Both the position numbers and the translations under genes were made by a program. DNA of 63,874 bases, counting the filler, from Octopus bimaculoides (lineage: Eukaryota): assembly GCF_001194135.2 (NCBI RefSeq). It is 7 parts of 6 records of this genome, joined end to end, with 100 filler letters (N's around TTAATTAATTAA, not from the genome) between each part and the next. Parts side by side here need not be neighbours in the genome. Positions count along the whole stretch, not along the records: positions 23,536 to 39,552 come from NC_068997.1; positions 39,653 to 51,881 come from NC_068990.1; 5 more parts are not named here. The stretch is one strand, 5' to 3'. Each line of letters starts with the position of its first letter. Position 1 is the first letter of the stretch. Below the pieces are notes generated by a model. It was not told the DNA's origin. It saw nothing but the letters and a program-made list of their open reading frames with translations, and did not search any database. Shown here in pieces: positions 25,827 through 39,867 of this stretch.

Positions 25827-25919
25827 TTGGTTTCTGTATGTGGTTTGCAGGATCCTTGATTTGAATTCGTGGGTTAAAGCAAATTTTGCTCTGTTGCTGT
25901 GTTTTGGGGGCGGGGCCAT
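25827..25919 (-). CDS. Candidate first coding exon (possibly of the RLIG1-like gene)
   Basis: ATG in GTAATGG context, 31 open codons (MAPPPKHSNRAKFALTHEFKSRILQTTYRNQ) and a CAA|gtaaga donor. Length and terminal Q recall the vertebrate N-terminus, but the GSVQxKxPCVF motif is absent. Confidence 0.2.
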
Positions 25920-26386
25920 TACGCAAATAATAACAAACACACGCACTGGTTCAATAAAATTTCTTCATTGATAGTCAATTGGTTAAATATCTTACCAAAT
26001 AACTATATATGTACATCCAAGTAGTAGAAATGCAAAATGTAAACTTTACTCTCTCTTTGCAAACTGAAAACAAAAATGATGATCAGACTCAGTGGATTTT
26101 CGCGCCTTATTGGAGGGGCATAAGAGCTTTCAACTTTAGTTGAGTAATTCCAGAGAGACAAATAACTGTTCTGTTTATGTAAACATGTAGTTAGAAATTC
26201 CAGTTCTATGAAGATACTGATTTGGTGTGTATATAAAGAGATACGGCTACATGCCTCTCCTGGATTGGTCATGTGATATAGACAGTTTGGTTGCCGACCC
26301 AAGACTGGTCAAAAATCTATTAAACTGGTCATTTCAGTCTCTTTTCACTCTGCAAAATATATAGGTTCACACGCACACACATACAT

Positions 26387-26443
<57 letters not shown>

Positions 26444-27792
26444 AATATATATACATATATATATAAATATACATATACATATACATGTCGTATATATGTG
26501 TATTGTTATGTGCATGTGTGTGTGTGTGTTCTGTGCTTTTGTGTGTGTGTTTTTGTGCGCACATTGATTATTATACAATATCCGAAGTCCTTCTGCTCTT
26601 CCACTTTAGAAACTACATCCAAGAAATGTTCTAAATTTTGTTTTTTTCTTTTCCCTTTTATTTAAATTACACATGTATCAATTCACGAAAGAATCGTCCA
26701 GTGCGGTATATCGCAGTATGCAGCATATTCAGCTTTAAGCTATATTATGCTACATTTGAGTTACACTAGTACCATTCTTGAAAGCATATTAACCCTATCA
26801 ACAAGGTAAATATTCATGGTGCTATACTTTTTTTAATTTAATATTGAATAATTACATCGAACTCTTTTCCTAACAACTTCCACACAATGTCATATATATG
26901 TTATAGAATATAGCAACCAGAGAAGTGCTTAGACATTTCTCCTGACATGAAGTACCTACAGCAGAACAGTGCTCAAGTTGCACAACTACAATAAACTAGA
27001 TTATATTCAATCTGACCTAATCTTCAGAGATTCATATCAAATTAAAATATTGTTCAAATCATCTCTCGGTCTTCCTATTCGATATCTTTTCCCGGGGCAC
27101 GGTAAGAAAAGAAACGTGATCGTATCGTTAGCGAAGAATGTTCAGTCAAGTATATTTTCCCTAATAATGGAAATATAAAATATCATCCCTGCTTACAAGA
27201 TGGATATTTAAAAAAACAAATTGAAAAATACACTCTACAGCATCAGGACCTAAGTATCTAAGGATCGTAAATGCAATATATGTGATCGAATATTCGACAA
27301 AATACATCTTATTAGAACGGAATCAAGATATATATTTTTTCTCGCCATAAATGTTGGTAAAAATATGATCGAGATAAGCACATTACTGCAGGTTATGATG
27401 AAGAAGCAAGATATGTGGCATAAAGTGATCTAAGTCAGGGTTTACAGGAAATATTGAAATTCTGTTTGTATCAGATATTTGATTCATTGACAAATTATCC
27501 ATCAGAATCCCTTACATGTAACTCATCTGGAAACTGGAAAAGAAATGAAAACACAAAAAGAGAAAAAAAAACGGAGAGGCTAAAATAAATATAATAGAAA
27601 CACAAAATATACCCCAAACAATTCTGCGTGCTTTCATATTTCAAGCTTCGGGGTGATCATGACTTTGAAATATGCGATTTGTCGTGAACAGAGGAAGAAT
27701 ATTGTAATAACACCTGCAGGTTTACACGCGTGCAAAATTAGTAGATAGTGACACGCACACATATACATCCATACGTACACACACACACACAT

Positions 27793-27874
<82 letters not shown>

Positions 27875-28991
27875 GCAAATGTTTGCATTTCTTTTTATGT
27901 ACACACACGCACATACATATACTCCAATAACTATGAAAATGTAAAGATTCATGCATATGTACATGTGTGCATACCTGTATATAGACTTATATGTATAATG
28001 ATTTCGATATATACTATATATACGCATATAAGTATCCACTTATGTATCTTTTAATTTATGTATGTATCTAACTATCTCTATATATAGATATGTGCATATA
28101 TACATACATATAGATATATATATATATATATATACATATATACATATATATATACATGTAAATATATATATATANNNNNNNNNNNNNNNNNNNNNNNNNN
28201 NNNNNNNNNNNNNNNNNNNNNNNNNNNNNNNNNNNNNNNNNNNNNNNNNNNNNNNNNNNNNNNNNNNNNNNNNNNNNNNNNNNNNNNNNNNNNNNNNNNN
28301 NNNNNNNNNNNNNNNNNNNNNNNNNNNNNNNNNNNNNNNNNNNNNNNNNNNNNNNNNNNNNNNNNNNNNNNNNNNNNNNNNNNNNNNNNNNNNNNNNNNN
28401 NNNNNNNNNNNNNNNNNNNNNNNNNNNNNNNNNNNNNNNNNNNNNNNNNNNNNNNNNNNNNNNNNNNNNNNNNNNNNNNNNNNNNNNNNNNNNNNNNNNN
28501 NNNNNNNNNNNNNNNNNNNNNNNNNNNNNNNNNNNNNNNNNNNNNNNNNNNNNNNNNNNNNNNNNNNNNNNNNNNNNNNNNNNNNNNNNNNNNNNNNNNN
28601 NNNNNNNNNNNNNNNNNNNNNNNNNNNNNNNNNNNNNNNNNNNNNNNNNNNNNNNNNNNNNNNNNNNNNNNNNNNNNNNNNNNNNNNNNNNNNNNNNNNN
28701 NNNNNNNNNNNNNNNNNNNNNNNNNNNNNNNNNNNNNNNNNNNNNNNNNNNNNNNNNNNNNNNNNNNNNNNNNNNNNNNNNNNNNNNNNNNNNNNNNNNN
28801 NNNNNNNNNNNNNNNNNNNNNNNNNNNNNNNNNNNNNNNNNNNNNNNNNNNNNNNNNNNNNNNNNNNNNNNNNNNNNNNNNNNNNNNNNNNNNNNNNNNN
28901 NNNNNNNNNNNNNNNNNNNNNNNNNNNNNNNNNNNNNNNNNNNNNNNNNNNNNNNNNNNNNNNNNNNNNNNNNNNATATATATATATATAT

Positions 28992-29062
<71 letters not shown>

Positions 29063-29319
29063 TAGATATATGTACAGACACACAAAACAGCAAAGCGCAA
29101 GGTGAAAGAGAAGAATAACAAACAAAATAAAAAAAATGAAACATTGGAGAAAATGAAGGAAAAAAAGCAGCAAATGAAACGAAACAAAACAAAGGAAAAC
29201 GACAACAAACAATAGTGGCGTTAATAATAATAATAACAACAATAATAATAATAATAACAATGATATTGAAAATAATAATAGTATTAATGATAGTAGCAGT
29301 AGTAGTAGAAGTAGTAGTA

Positions 29320-29392
<73 letters not shown>

Positions 29393-29935
29393 AGAAACAA
29401 TCATAGAAATGTAATAAGAGGCGAGGAGAGTGAAAAAAACTGTAATATCGGTCTTAATCTGAAAAGCGACTCCAAAAGGCCACAACGATAACAACAACAA
29501 CAACAACAACAACAGCAACAGCAACAACAACAGTGACAACAACCCAATGTGGCAATGATATAAAGATCTTGTCCTCTATAATGCCATGATCAACAAAAAG
29601 AAGTGAAAGGGAGGACGTCAACAAAAAAGATACTTACGCACATTCACACAGCCATAAACACACATACACAGGCACACATCCACATACACACATATACACA
29701 TGCACACGTACACATACATGTATATAATCATACTTACACACAAACTCACCCACAGATATAGTGCGCTTAAAAAAAAAACGTACACAGAAAAGCACCCATA
29801 AACTTATGCGGAAATATGTGTGTGCATTAAGTTATATACATATACACACACATAATCGCAAAAAACACCACATTGCTTCAAAGAAGCCCATGGATGCACC
29901 AGAAACACAAAGCATCGCACCCGCTTATATCCAAA

Positions 29936-29981
<46 letters not shown>

Positions 29982-30096
29982 TGTGTATACATATACATAT
30001 ATATATATACACACACACACACACTCATATTTATATATNNNNNNNNNNNNNNNNNNNNNNNNNNNNNNNNNNNNNNNNNNNNNNNNNNNNNNNNNN

Positions 30097-30157
<61 letters not shown>

Positions 30158-30336
30158 TACATACACATATACATATATATGTATACATATTTACATATAC
30201 ATTTATATACATATACATATATATGAATATATGCATATATATAAATATATATATTTTATTGATACACATAAATATACATACACATATATATAATCGTATG
30301 GTCATATGCGAATGTACGCACGCATATATATATATA

Positions 30337-30429
<93 letters not shown>

Positions 30430-30883
30430 TTTTGCATATGCATAAGTATATGCATATGTGTNNNNNNNNNNNNNNNNNNNNNNNNNNNNNNNNNNNNNNN
30501 NNNNNNNNNNNNNNNNNNNNNNNNNNNNNNNNNNNNNNNNNNNNNNNNNNNNNNNNNNNNNNNNNNNNNNNNNNNNNNNNNNNNNNNNNNNNNNNNNNNN
30601 NNNNNNNNNNNNNNNNNNNNNNNNNNNNNNNNNNNNNNNNNNNNNNNNNNNNNATATATATATATATATACCCACGTAAACATATACATATTTATACGCC
30701 CTGCGACACACGAAAACACACAAAGCAAACAAAACCGTACACAGAAGAAGCATAAAAAAATCACCACACACAAGGCTAAAACTTACAAAAGGGAGTGGAG
30801 GTAGGGGGGAAATACCAAAGAATGGTTACTCTTATGATGTTGATGATCATCATGACGATGAAGACGGCAATGGCGATGACTCC

Positions 30884-30933
<50 letters not shown>

Positions 30934-31980
30934 TGTTAATAATAATAATAACAGTAGAAATCAGACGGGAATGGCAAATATTGAAAGAATGCACATAAAA
31001 ATCAAACTACCTGAAAATTTCGGTACTTTTCTTTCCGCTTCATGACCTTGCTAACAAATCACTGAGGCAGACTGGTGTAGGTAATGTGATGGAGAGATGG
31101 GGAGGGTTGTCATTGGAAACAAAGATATAGCAACAACTAAAGCAGCAGCAGTAGCAGCAGTGGCAGCAGTAGCGTCACTAGTGTTAGCAATTATAACAAC
31201 ATGAAACCTCAGTTGGAGCCGCTATAAAGTATAGCTCGACTTTCTAGAGCAAGCAATTAATTAGACCTCAATCCATAATCGAATAGGCGCAAAAACAACA
31301 GAAAACATTGATGAAGTTCTCCTGCAAAAACATCGTTAAAGGTAGGAGAGTCATGGCTGGAATGTCATTGATTACAGTGTTGCTGAATCAATGGTTGCCT
31401 CCAGAGGCGGGGAGCTGGCAGAAACGTTAGCACGCCGAGCGAAATATTTATCGGTATTTCGTCTGTCTCTACGTTCTGAGTTCAAATTCCGCCGAGGTTG
31501 ACTTTGCCTTTCATCCTTTCAGGGTCGACAAATTAAGTGCCAGTTGCGTACTGGGATCGATCTATGTGTGTGTGTCTTAGTGTATGTGCTTGTCACCCAT
31601 CACCAGTACGGGTGGACGAACGGTACGGGTGTTTTTACGTCGCCGGAACTTAGAGGTTCGGCATTAATGACCGATAGAATAAGTACTCGGCTTAGAAACA
31701 AAATAAGTCCTTCGATTGAATTGTTCAACTAAGATCCTTCGAGACGGTGCTCCAGCATGACCGTAGTCCCGTACAAGAAAGGATTTTAAAATATACAAGA
31801 TGCATATATTGTTCTATATTTAAGAGATGAGGAATTATGTACATTATTTCCATTATTTCCATTTGATGGATATTCGTCCTCATCTTCCTTGTTGTTAACA
31901 TAACATCTCGGCTGATATATCCACCAGCCTTCATCGAAAAATACTTTAGGAATGAGAACCCAGGTTCGAAATTTCCCTAT

Positions 31981-32026
31981 GACACCTAATGAAGGCCGGA
32001 AGATATATCAGCCGAAACGTTGTGTT
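31981..32026 (+). ncRNA. Hammerhead-like motif (G5-to-A variant) in a tandem/inverted repeat unit
   Basis: GACAC-CTAATGA-A-GGCCG..ATATATCAGCC-GAAAC-GTT-GTGTT. Helix I 5 bp; helix II is GGCTG/CAGCC in sister copies. Confidence 0.5.
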
Positions 32027-32105
32027 AACACCAAACAAGAAGAGGACAAACATCCGTAAAATGTAAACAATGTACATAATTCTTCATCTGTTAAATATAG
32101 AACTG

Positions 32106-32165
<60 letters not shown>

Positions 32166-32247
32166 CAACAACAACAACAACAACACCAACAACAACAACA
32201 TCGAAAAATGCCTTAAGAATGAAAGCTCAGGTTCGAAATTTTCCCAA

Positions 32248-32293
32248 GAAACCTCATGAAGGCTGGAGGGTATATCAGCCGAAATGTTGTGTT
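32248..32293 (+). ncRNA. Second, more degenerate copy of the same hammerhead-like motif
   Basis: GAAAC-CTCATGA-A-GGCTG-GAGGGTATAT-CAGCC-GAAAT-GTT-GTGTT. Perfect 5-bp helix II, lesion at G5. Confidence 0.42.
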
Positions 32294-32360
32294 AACAACA
32301 AACAAGATGAGAACAAATATCTGTCAAATGTAAATAGTGTAAATAATGTACATAAATATA

Positions 32361-32392
<32 letters not shown>

Positions 32393-32674
32393 GGTAAAAC
32401 AATTAATGAGTGCGTGCGTTACATAAATAATATTATCGGATTTAAATGAAAAGAGGACAAACGGAAAATATAACCTACATGTGTGTGTATATAAATAAAA
32501 AAAAACGTGTAGTAAATAAACAGACGAACATATTTTAAATACACAGAAGAATGGAAAACACAGAAGTTCACCAACTCTACTTCAGTTATCGGCCAGAGGG
32601 ACAAGCGCAATTTCGACCATAGTCGATAATATTGCTTCCAATCTGGACACACCGGCAAGAAATTTGCCGAGAAT

Positions 32675-32805
32675 GGGACCAAAACACAACAAAACGAAAC
32701 AGGCTGGAGACGAGACCGTTATTGGATGGACGAGGGACAAAACATGACGAAACAAGATGGGCTGGAGACGAGACTGTAAGTGGACGGACGAGGGACAAAA
32801 CAATA
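32675..32805. repeat. Two-copy ~58-bp tandem repeat
   Basis: gctggagacgagac...ggacgagggacaaaaca occurs twice. Confidence 0.7.
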
Positions 32806-33091
32806 CACAGAACAAAGGCTTCAGGTCACACGAAGACAACAATTAAAATGATAACAATAATGATTTGGTCCCATTCCTAGCAAGTTTCTTGACGTCTCAT
32901 AAATTCTTGGATATGTTCTATGGTTCCAACTTTATATAGCATGTTAATAATATTAATATTTTATAATAATTTTTATTTTATATTTAATAACCGTTTACGA
33001 AATTTTGGACAAAAAATATCTTTTCTGTTGTATTGTGTTACTCTTTTTTTTTTCTCGGTTTATTGGACGTATACGCTGATGTTTGTGTTCG

Positions 33092-33345
33092 AGGCGCATG
33101 GCTTAGTGGTTAGGGTGTCAGCATCATGGTCGTAAGATCGTGGTGGTGATTCCTGGACCGGGCGACGCGTTGTGTTCTTGAGCAAAACACTTCATTTCAC
33201 GTTGCTCCAGTCCACTCAGCTGGGGAAAATGAGTAACGCTGCGATGGACTGGCGTCCCGTCCAGCTGGGGGACACATACGCCATAGAAACCGGGAAATCG
33301 GGCTCATGAGCCTGGCTAGGCTTTAAAAGGGCGCATTCATTCATT
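33092..33345 (+). mobile_element. tRNA-derived SINE (GGCGCATGGCTTAGTGGTTAG head, (ATTC)n tail)
   Basis: A box tggcttagtgg. Related heads at 18592-18648, 53592-53697 and ~47690-47740(-). A minus-strand 3' portion of a related family at ~53400-53588. Confidence 0.75.
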
Positions 33346-33760
33346 CATTCATACTCTGATGTTTGTAGGTATACGCGTTTCTCTGCTTAGTTTAATATTA
33401 ATTAATATACATTATTTTCTTTAAATATTTCGAAATAATGTCTGCCTGCTAGACATTCGAGGTGCAAATGTAAGCCCCCTTTATTTATTTATTATTTTTT
33501 AGATCGCATTTATTAGTCTGTTATGAATACGTAGGGTTGAAACGCTAAGATGTGCATGCAACGCTGCCGAAATATTTCAGACGTCAAGTTTGTCCAATAA
33601 TAGAGGAAAATGTATTTTTATAGACATTTCAGAATGCAATTGATGGCTTATGTTTTAAGTTTTAGGTATCTTAAAATCTGCCAAATGTGTAATTGTTGTT
33701 CACAATATGCAATCTGCGAGCTGGCAGAAACGTTAGATCGCCGGGCGAAATACTTACCGG

Positions 33761-33881
<121 letters not shown>

Positions 33882-34535
33882 AGTAAGTATATGCTTACAG
33901 AGAGAGACAGAGGCAGAGATATCTAAATGGCGAGATAGCTAGATATATAGATAAAGACACGCAAACAGACAGACTTTTGTGACTACTCACGTAGTCATCG
34001 ATAAGTACGTGCATAAAATGTATTACATTACTATATTGTATATAAACATATCTTATGTTCGTAAGTGTATGGGAATTATATTTCTTCACATTATCCTAGT
34101 TGCTTTTTTTGAGATATATTCCTAAATTTTGCTTAACACTATCTCACATACGGTATTACACATTGAGGTACATTAAAGTTAAACCGCTCTAGAGGACACA
34201 CGGTTATTGTAGTTGCTGGAGATTTTGTTGTTCTTGTTTTGTAATATTTCATTTTTGTATTTTGGTATTTTATAGATATTTTGTGGGGGTGAACCTGAAG
34301 AAAATCGCTATTGATGTAACATTTTCGCAAGGACATAAAATTCACAAAGAACACTAGAACGGTTCTTTTGTGTGACACAAAACATATACAATTCTTCCAA
34401 CATATATTCTTTACTTCCTTTACTTTCCTTTTTATTTTTCTTATCTTTTTTTTGGTTTCTTTTTTTTGTCTGACAATCTTTCATATTTTTCTCTATCATT
34501 AAGCGATTTCACACTCACCTCGTGAGTATGTATAA

Positions 34536-34583
<48 letters not shown>

Positions 34584-35432
34584 NNNNNNNNNNNNNNNNN
34601 NNNNNNNNNNNNNNNNNNNNNNNNNNNNNNNNNNNNNNNNNNNNNNNNNNNNNNNNNNNNNNNNNNNNNNNNNNNNNNNNNNNNNNNNNNNNNNNNNNNN
34701 NNNNNNNNNNNNNNNNNNNNNNNNNNNNNNNNNNNNNNNNNNNNNNNNNNNNNNNNNNNNNNNNNNNNNNNNNNNNNNNNNNNNNNNNNNNNNNNNNNNN
34801 NNNNNNNNNNNNNNNNNNNNNNNNNNNNNNNNNNNNNNNNNNNNNNNNNNNNNNNNNNNNNNNNNNNNNNNNNNNNNNNNNNNNNNNNNNNNNNNNNNNN
34901 NNNNNNNNNNNNNNNNNNNNNNNNNNNNNNNNNNNNNNNNNNNNNNNNNNNNNNNNNNNNNNNNNNNNNNNNNNNNNNNNNNNNNNNNNNNNNNNNNNNN
35001 NNNNNNNNNNNNNNNNNNNNNNNNNNNNNNNNNNNNNNNNNNNNNNNNNNNNNNNNNNNNNNNNNNNNNNNNNNNNNNNNNNNNNNNNNNNNNNNNNNNN
35101 NNNNNNNNNNNNNNNNNNNNNNNNNNNNNNNNNNNNNNNNNNNNNNNNNNNNNNNNNNNNNNNNNNNNNNNNNNNNNNNNNNNNNNNNNNNNNNNNNNNN
35201 NNNNNNNNNNNNNNNNNNNNNNNNNNNNNNNNNNNNNNNNNNNNNNNNNNNNNNNNNNNNNNNNNNNNNNNNNNNNNNNNNNNNNNNNNNNNNNNNNNNN
35301 NNNNNNNNNNNNNNNNNNNNNNNNNNNNNNNNNNNNNNNNNNNNNNNNNNNNNNNNNNNNNNNNNNNNNNNNNNNNNNNNNNNNNNNNNNNNNNNNNNNN
35401 NNNNNNNNNNNNNNNNNNNNNNNNNNNNNNNN

Positions 35433-35463
<31 letters not shown>

Positions 35464-35883
35464 AATATGCACGCGTGCCTCTGTGTTGTATGTTTTGCTC
35501 TTTCTGCCCTCTTTCATCATCTGTCAATCTCTCCCTCACTCACACCACCTTGTGCACAGACATTTTATTCTCATCCTTGTCTCCTCATTCTGACTCACCT
35601 TAATTTTTTTTGTGCGTATGCATTTGTGTTTGAGTGTGTGTGTGTGTGTGTGTGTGTGATTGTGGGTATGCGTGGGTTTATCTCCCTGTTAAACACGCTT
35701 AAACAGACACTCGCGCAGGGGTGCAAATCTTAACGTGTCATATACATCGCATTCTCTTTAAAAATATACTCATGTACTTACATTTCATACTCACTACAAA
35801 ACCACATATACATACTTACAATTACATGTGTATATACATGTATGTATGTATGTATGTATTAACGTTTGTAGATGTATGCATGA

Positions 35884-35917
<34 letters not shown>

Positions 35918-36148
35918 GTATATGTAAATGTGAGTTTTTTAAGTATATATACATATGTGTGTGCGTACGTATATATATGTATGTTTATCACTTCACAATC
36001 CTATATATATCCACACACAAGCGTGTATGCATTCCTAGATATACACGTATATACATAAATTTATACTGTACTATATATGGACGTATATAAATATATGTGT
36101 GTATCTTATCTTTTGTGTGTGTTTGCTTATGTACATTTATGTACATGT

Positions 36149-36206
<58 letters not shown>

Positions 36207-36957
36207 TCAAATGAAACAAGTATTTATCAATGTACACTTGTAACTATGTCTATATAGCAATTGACCAGGAGATTAATATATTTATCAATCAACACCGTCG
36301 GCATGATACTTCTGACAGCAATATTCACACTGTCCTTCACCTTTCTCCAAATATCCTGTTCTCCCTTTCTCCATCTTTTTCCTTCTTCTCTTTCTATCTT
36401 TCGCTGTCCTTTGTGTTTCATTTTGTTCCGTTATATTTGTGTTTTATTCGTTTATTGTTCAGCCCATTCTTTATCAAAACTACTCTCTTACGTTCTACAT
36501 GTCGCTCAGTAAATCACTTCAATAAATTGCCTTTGTATCCGGGAACCTTCCAAAAACACTTGCAACATCACTTTGACCATAGGTTTTAGAAAACTACATA
36601 CTCAAGGGATAGAGCTAGCAAACAGTATGACAAAAACCAGCATAAAAAAAAACCTTAGAAAACACCATCGGAAAATGAAAAAAAAGAAATGGAAAAATAT
36701 ATAACAGATAAAAAGCTATAGCCGTCGTTTATAGGCAGTCAATCTCCTCCTGTGTACTCTAACGAAGAATGTATTCAAACCTTTCGTATAGTCAGACATA
36801 GAAATGTTTTGTTTGATAGGTTTGTGACACAAACACCATTACATCCAACAATGTGCAATATATCTGTCTTTATTGATGTCGTTTCACTCCACGATATATG
36901 GTGGGCTGGTTTGTAAGATATCAACACCTCTGCGCAATTTTCACGCACAAAAACACA

Positions 36958-36992
<35 letters not shown>

Positions 36993-38497
36993 NNNNNNNN
37001 NNNNNNNNNNNNNNNNNNNNNNNNNNNNNNNNNNNNNNNNNNNNNNNNNNNNNNNNNNNNNNNNNNNNNNNNNNNNNNNNNNNNNNNNNNNNNNNNNNNN
37101 NNNNNNNNNNNNNNNNNNNNNNNNNNNNNNNNNNNNNNNNNNNNNNNNNNNNNNNNNNNNNNNNNNNNNNNNNNNNNNNNNNNNNNNNNNNNNNNNNNNN
37201 NNNNNNNNNNNNNNNNNNNNNNNNNNNNNNNNNNNNNNNNNNNNNNNNNNNNNNNNNNNNNNNNNNNNNNNNNNNNNNNNNNNNNNNNNNNNNNNNNNNN
37301 NNNNNNNNNNNNNNNNNNNNNNNNNTATATACATATATATATATATATTCATATATATATATGTATATATATATATGCATATATGTATATATATATATGT
37401 GTATATATATGCATATGTATATGTATATGTTTATATGCATATATGTATATATATATATGCATATGTATATGTATATGTGTATATACTCACGTGCATGTAC
37501 ACAATCAAACGTAGACGGATGCATAAAATAATGCGTATAAATGAGATTGACTGTTGTTTGGGGGGGGNNNNNNNNNNGGGTGCGTGTGTGTGTGTGTACT
37601 ATGTGTTGAAAAGGGACGAAATTATCTTAATCCCATCAATTTTGATGATACGCTGATCTGGTAGTCAGCAACCACGTCAGCAATAGATACCGACATACAA
37701 TCATGTATGCACATATACATACACACAGATACATATATATAAATACAAATCTCTTTCTCCCTCGCTCAATTTCATGTATCCATACATATATATGCATGCG
37801 TATGTGTATATGTATGTGTGTATATGTGTATGCGTACGTGTGGGTTTGGGGTTTATATGTACGTATGTATATGTATACATATTGATGCATATACGTACTG
37901 ACTGTAGCTTCTGGATAAATAACTATTGTGTACCGCATCGATGAACATCACAAACTGGAACTTCTTTTTAAGTTATGAGAGATTGTCCTCTCAAGGTATT
38001 ATTTTACCTTTCCAGTTATTTGTATTCCAGAATTTGCTCACGGCACTTGGGACGCAGTTTGTTATCATCATATTTGACCATTCTTTCATATTTCTTGGTA
38101 CACGTATAACTCTGATTCGATTTTGTTGTTCCTATCCAAATTAAGAAATAACATTCTGTTCCTGGTTTCTCTGTAGTCATATATGACGTATAATTTTCAC
38201 GAATCTTACAGTATTCTATTCACTATATGCCCTTATCCCACGGATGACATAGCAGAACGTTGACGTACCAAGTGCAGAGTGGTCACGAGTTTCATATAGT
38301 CAGCACGAATAATTTAGTGCGTTTGATTCCTCACTCAGTATGCAAACTAGTGCCTATAAAAATATATTCCTTTTTATTCTCAAATTTACTTTAAAATAAA
38401 TACCCTAATCTTTTTAAATACACCACGTTCACACACGAACACGCACATATCAAGCTCAATATATAGAACATACATACATACATACATCTTTCAGGCA

Positions 38498-38570
<73 letters not shown>

Positions 38571-38975
38571 NNNNNNNNNNNNNNNNNNNNNNNNNNNNNN
38601 NNNNNNNNNNNNNNNNNNNNNNNNNNNNNNNNNNNNNNNNNNNNNNNNNNNNNNNNNNNNNNNNNNNNNNNNNNNNNNNNNNNNNNNNNNNNNNNNNNNN
38701 NNNNNNNNNNNNNNNNNNNNNNNNNNNNNNNNNNNNNNNNNNNNNNNNNNNNNNNNNNNNNNNNNNNNNNNNNNNNNNNNNNNNNNNNNNNNNNNNNNNN
38801 NNNNNNNNNNNNNNNNNNNNNNNNNNNNNNNNNNNNNNNNNNNNNNNNNNNNNNNNNNNNNNNNNNNNNNNNNNNNNNNNNNNNNNNNNNNNNNNNNNNN
38901 NNNNNNNNNNNNNNNNNNNNNNNNNNNNNNNNNNNNNNNNNNNATATATATATATATATATATATAAGTCGATAG

Positions 38976-39300
38976 AGGAATACAAAAAATAGGAATAGAA
39001 AGTAGCAAAACATCCAAACAGCTAGATGATAAAAGAAGAGACAACAAAATATCCAGACAAAATAGGGACAAGAAAAAAAAAAAAGATGGACGGGACTTCG
39101 AAGTTTTCTTTCCTCAGTCGAGTTCCAGATTATATTTTCATTTTCGGCTGGTTGATAATCTGGAACTTGACTGAGGAAAGAAAACTTCGTATGACCCATC
39201 CGTGTTTTGTCTTATTATCTGTTTGGATGTTTTGTTGTCCCTTTTTTTAATCATCTAGCTGTGTGGAAGTTTTGCGTTCTTGTCTCCATTTTGTGTATTT
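38976..39300. repeat. ~325-bp fold-back (inverted repeat)
   Basis: Inner stem 39099-39133 / 39155-39189 (35 bp, one G-T), 21-nt loop. Outer arms alignable but diverged. Confidence 0.85.
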
Positions 39301-39708
39301 CTGCTGAGTATAACTACTACCAGGAGCATTCTGGATATGACCATCCCGTTTGTTCCGACAATCTATCTTTTCATGCCTTATCGTTCGTCGTTTCAAACAG
39401 TAGATGTGATTTCTGGAAATGTAGCTGATATCTCTAATGGAAGTAGTGACCATTTGCAGTATAACTTATTAGCCGGAATATGAGACGCATGGAGGTAAGT
39501 GGGAATATAAGTATAGTGGGATACAATAGAAAAGATAACTGATATTTCACTGNNNNNNNNNNNNNNNNNNNNNNNNNNNNNNNNNNNNNNNNNNNNTTAA
39601 TTAATTAANNNNNNNNNNNNNNNNNNNNNNNNNNNNNNNNNNNNNNNNNNNNGCATATATATACATATTCAATTTTTTTTCTCCGTGTTTTTCTCCTTGT
39701 CTCCGTAT

Positions 39709-39745
39709 TCTTTCTGTTGAAGAGCGTAGCTCGAAACGTCAAAGA
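39709..39745 (+). ncRNA. Minimal type I hammerhead motif (A6-to-U core variant)
   Basis: TCTTT-CTGTTGA-A-GAGC/GTA/GCTC-GAAAC-GTC-AAAGA. Perfect helices I and II and a GUC triplet. Sits in a ~180-bp element flanked by (TA)n. Confidence 0.6.
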
Positions 39746-39833
39746 CTTTCCGTATTCCCGAGCGTCATACTAATATATACTTTTGTTATTTACACCACCT
39801 GTCCTCGTCTGTTGTTATTATTTGTATATTCTC

Positions 39834-39867
<34 letters not shown>

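Larger units (their letters stand above)
31808..32350. mobile_element. Penelope-like/retrozyme-type repeat cluster: one inverted plus two tandem ~170-bp units separated by (AAT/AAC)n
   Basis: 31808-31935 is the reverse complement of the unit's 3' part. Plus-strand copies at ~31934-32106 and ~32200-32350. A further inverted junction of the same unit at 43246-43360. Confidence 0.6.

Noticed and set aside
27255-27330. KCNICDRIF, resembling a C2H2 finger start
   Set aside because: No His pair, a short frame and no splice signals.
37625-37650. Minus-strand KIDG
   Set aside because: No preceding TE or following TCC, with a stop soon after. Chance match.
37985-38215. Minus-strand TTEKPGTECY, resembling RLIG1 motif I TEKVDGTCCY; also an exon-like 38127-38004 segment
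   Set aside because: The KxDG spacing is broken, there is no phase-1 donor after the motif, and the frame ends in a stop. The alternative exon frame has no RLIG1 similarity.
39086-39195. CTGAGGA...CGAAGTC as a further hammerhead
   Set aside because: Lacks GAAAC and a helix I partner. Recorded only as part of the fold-back.
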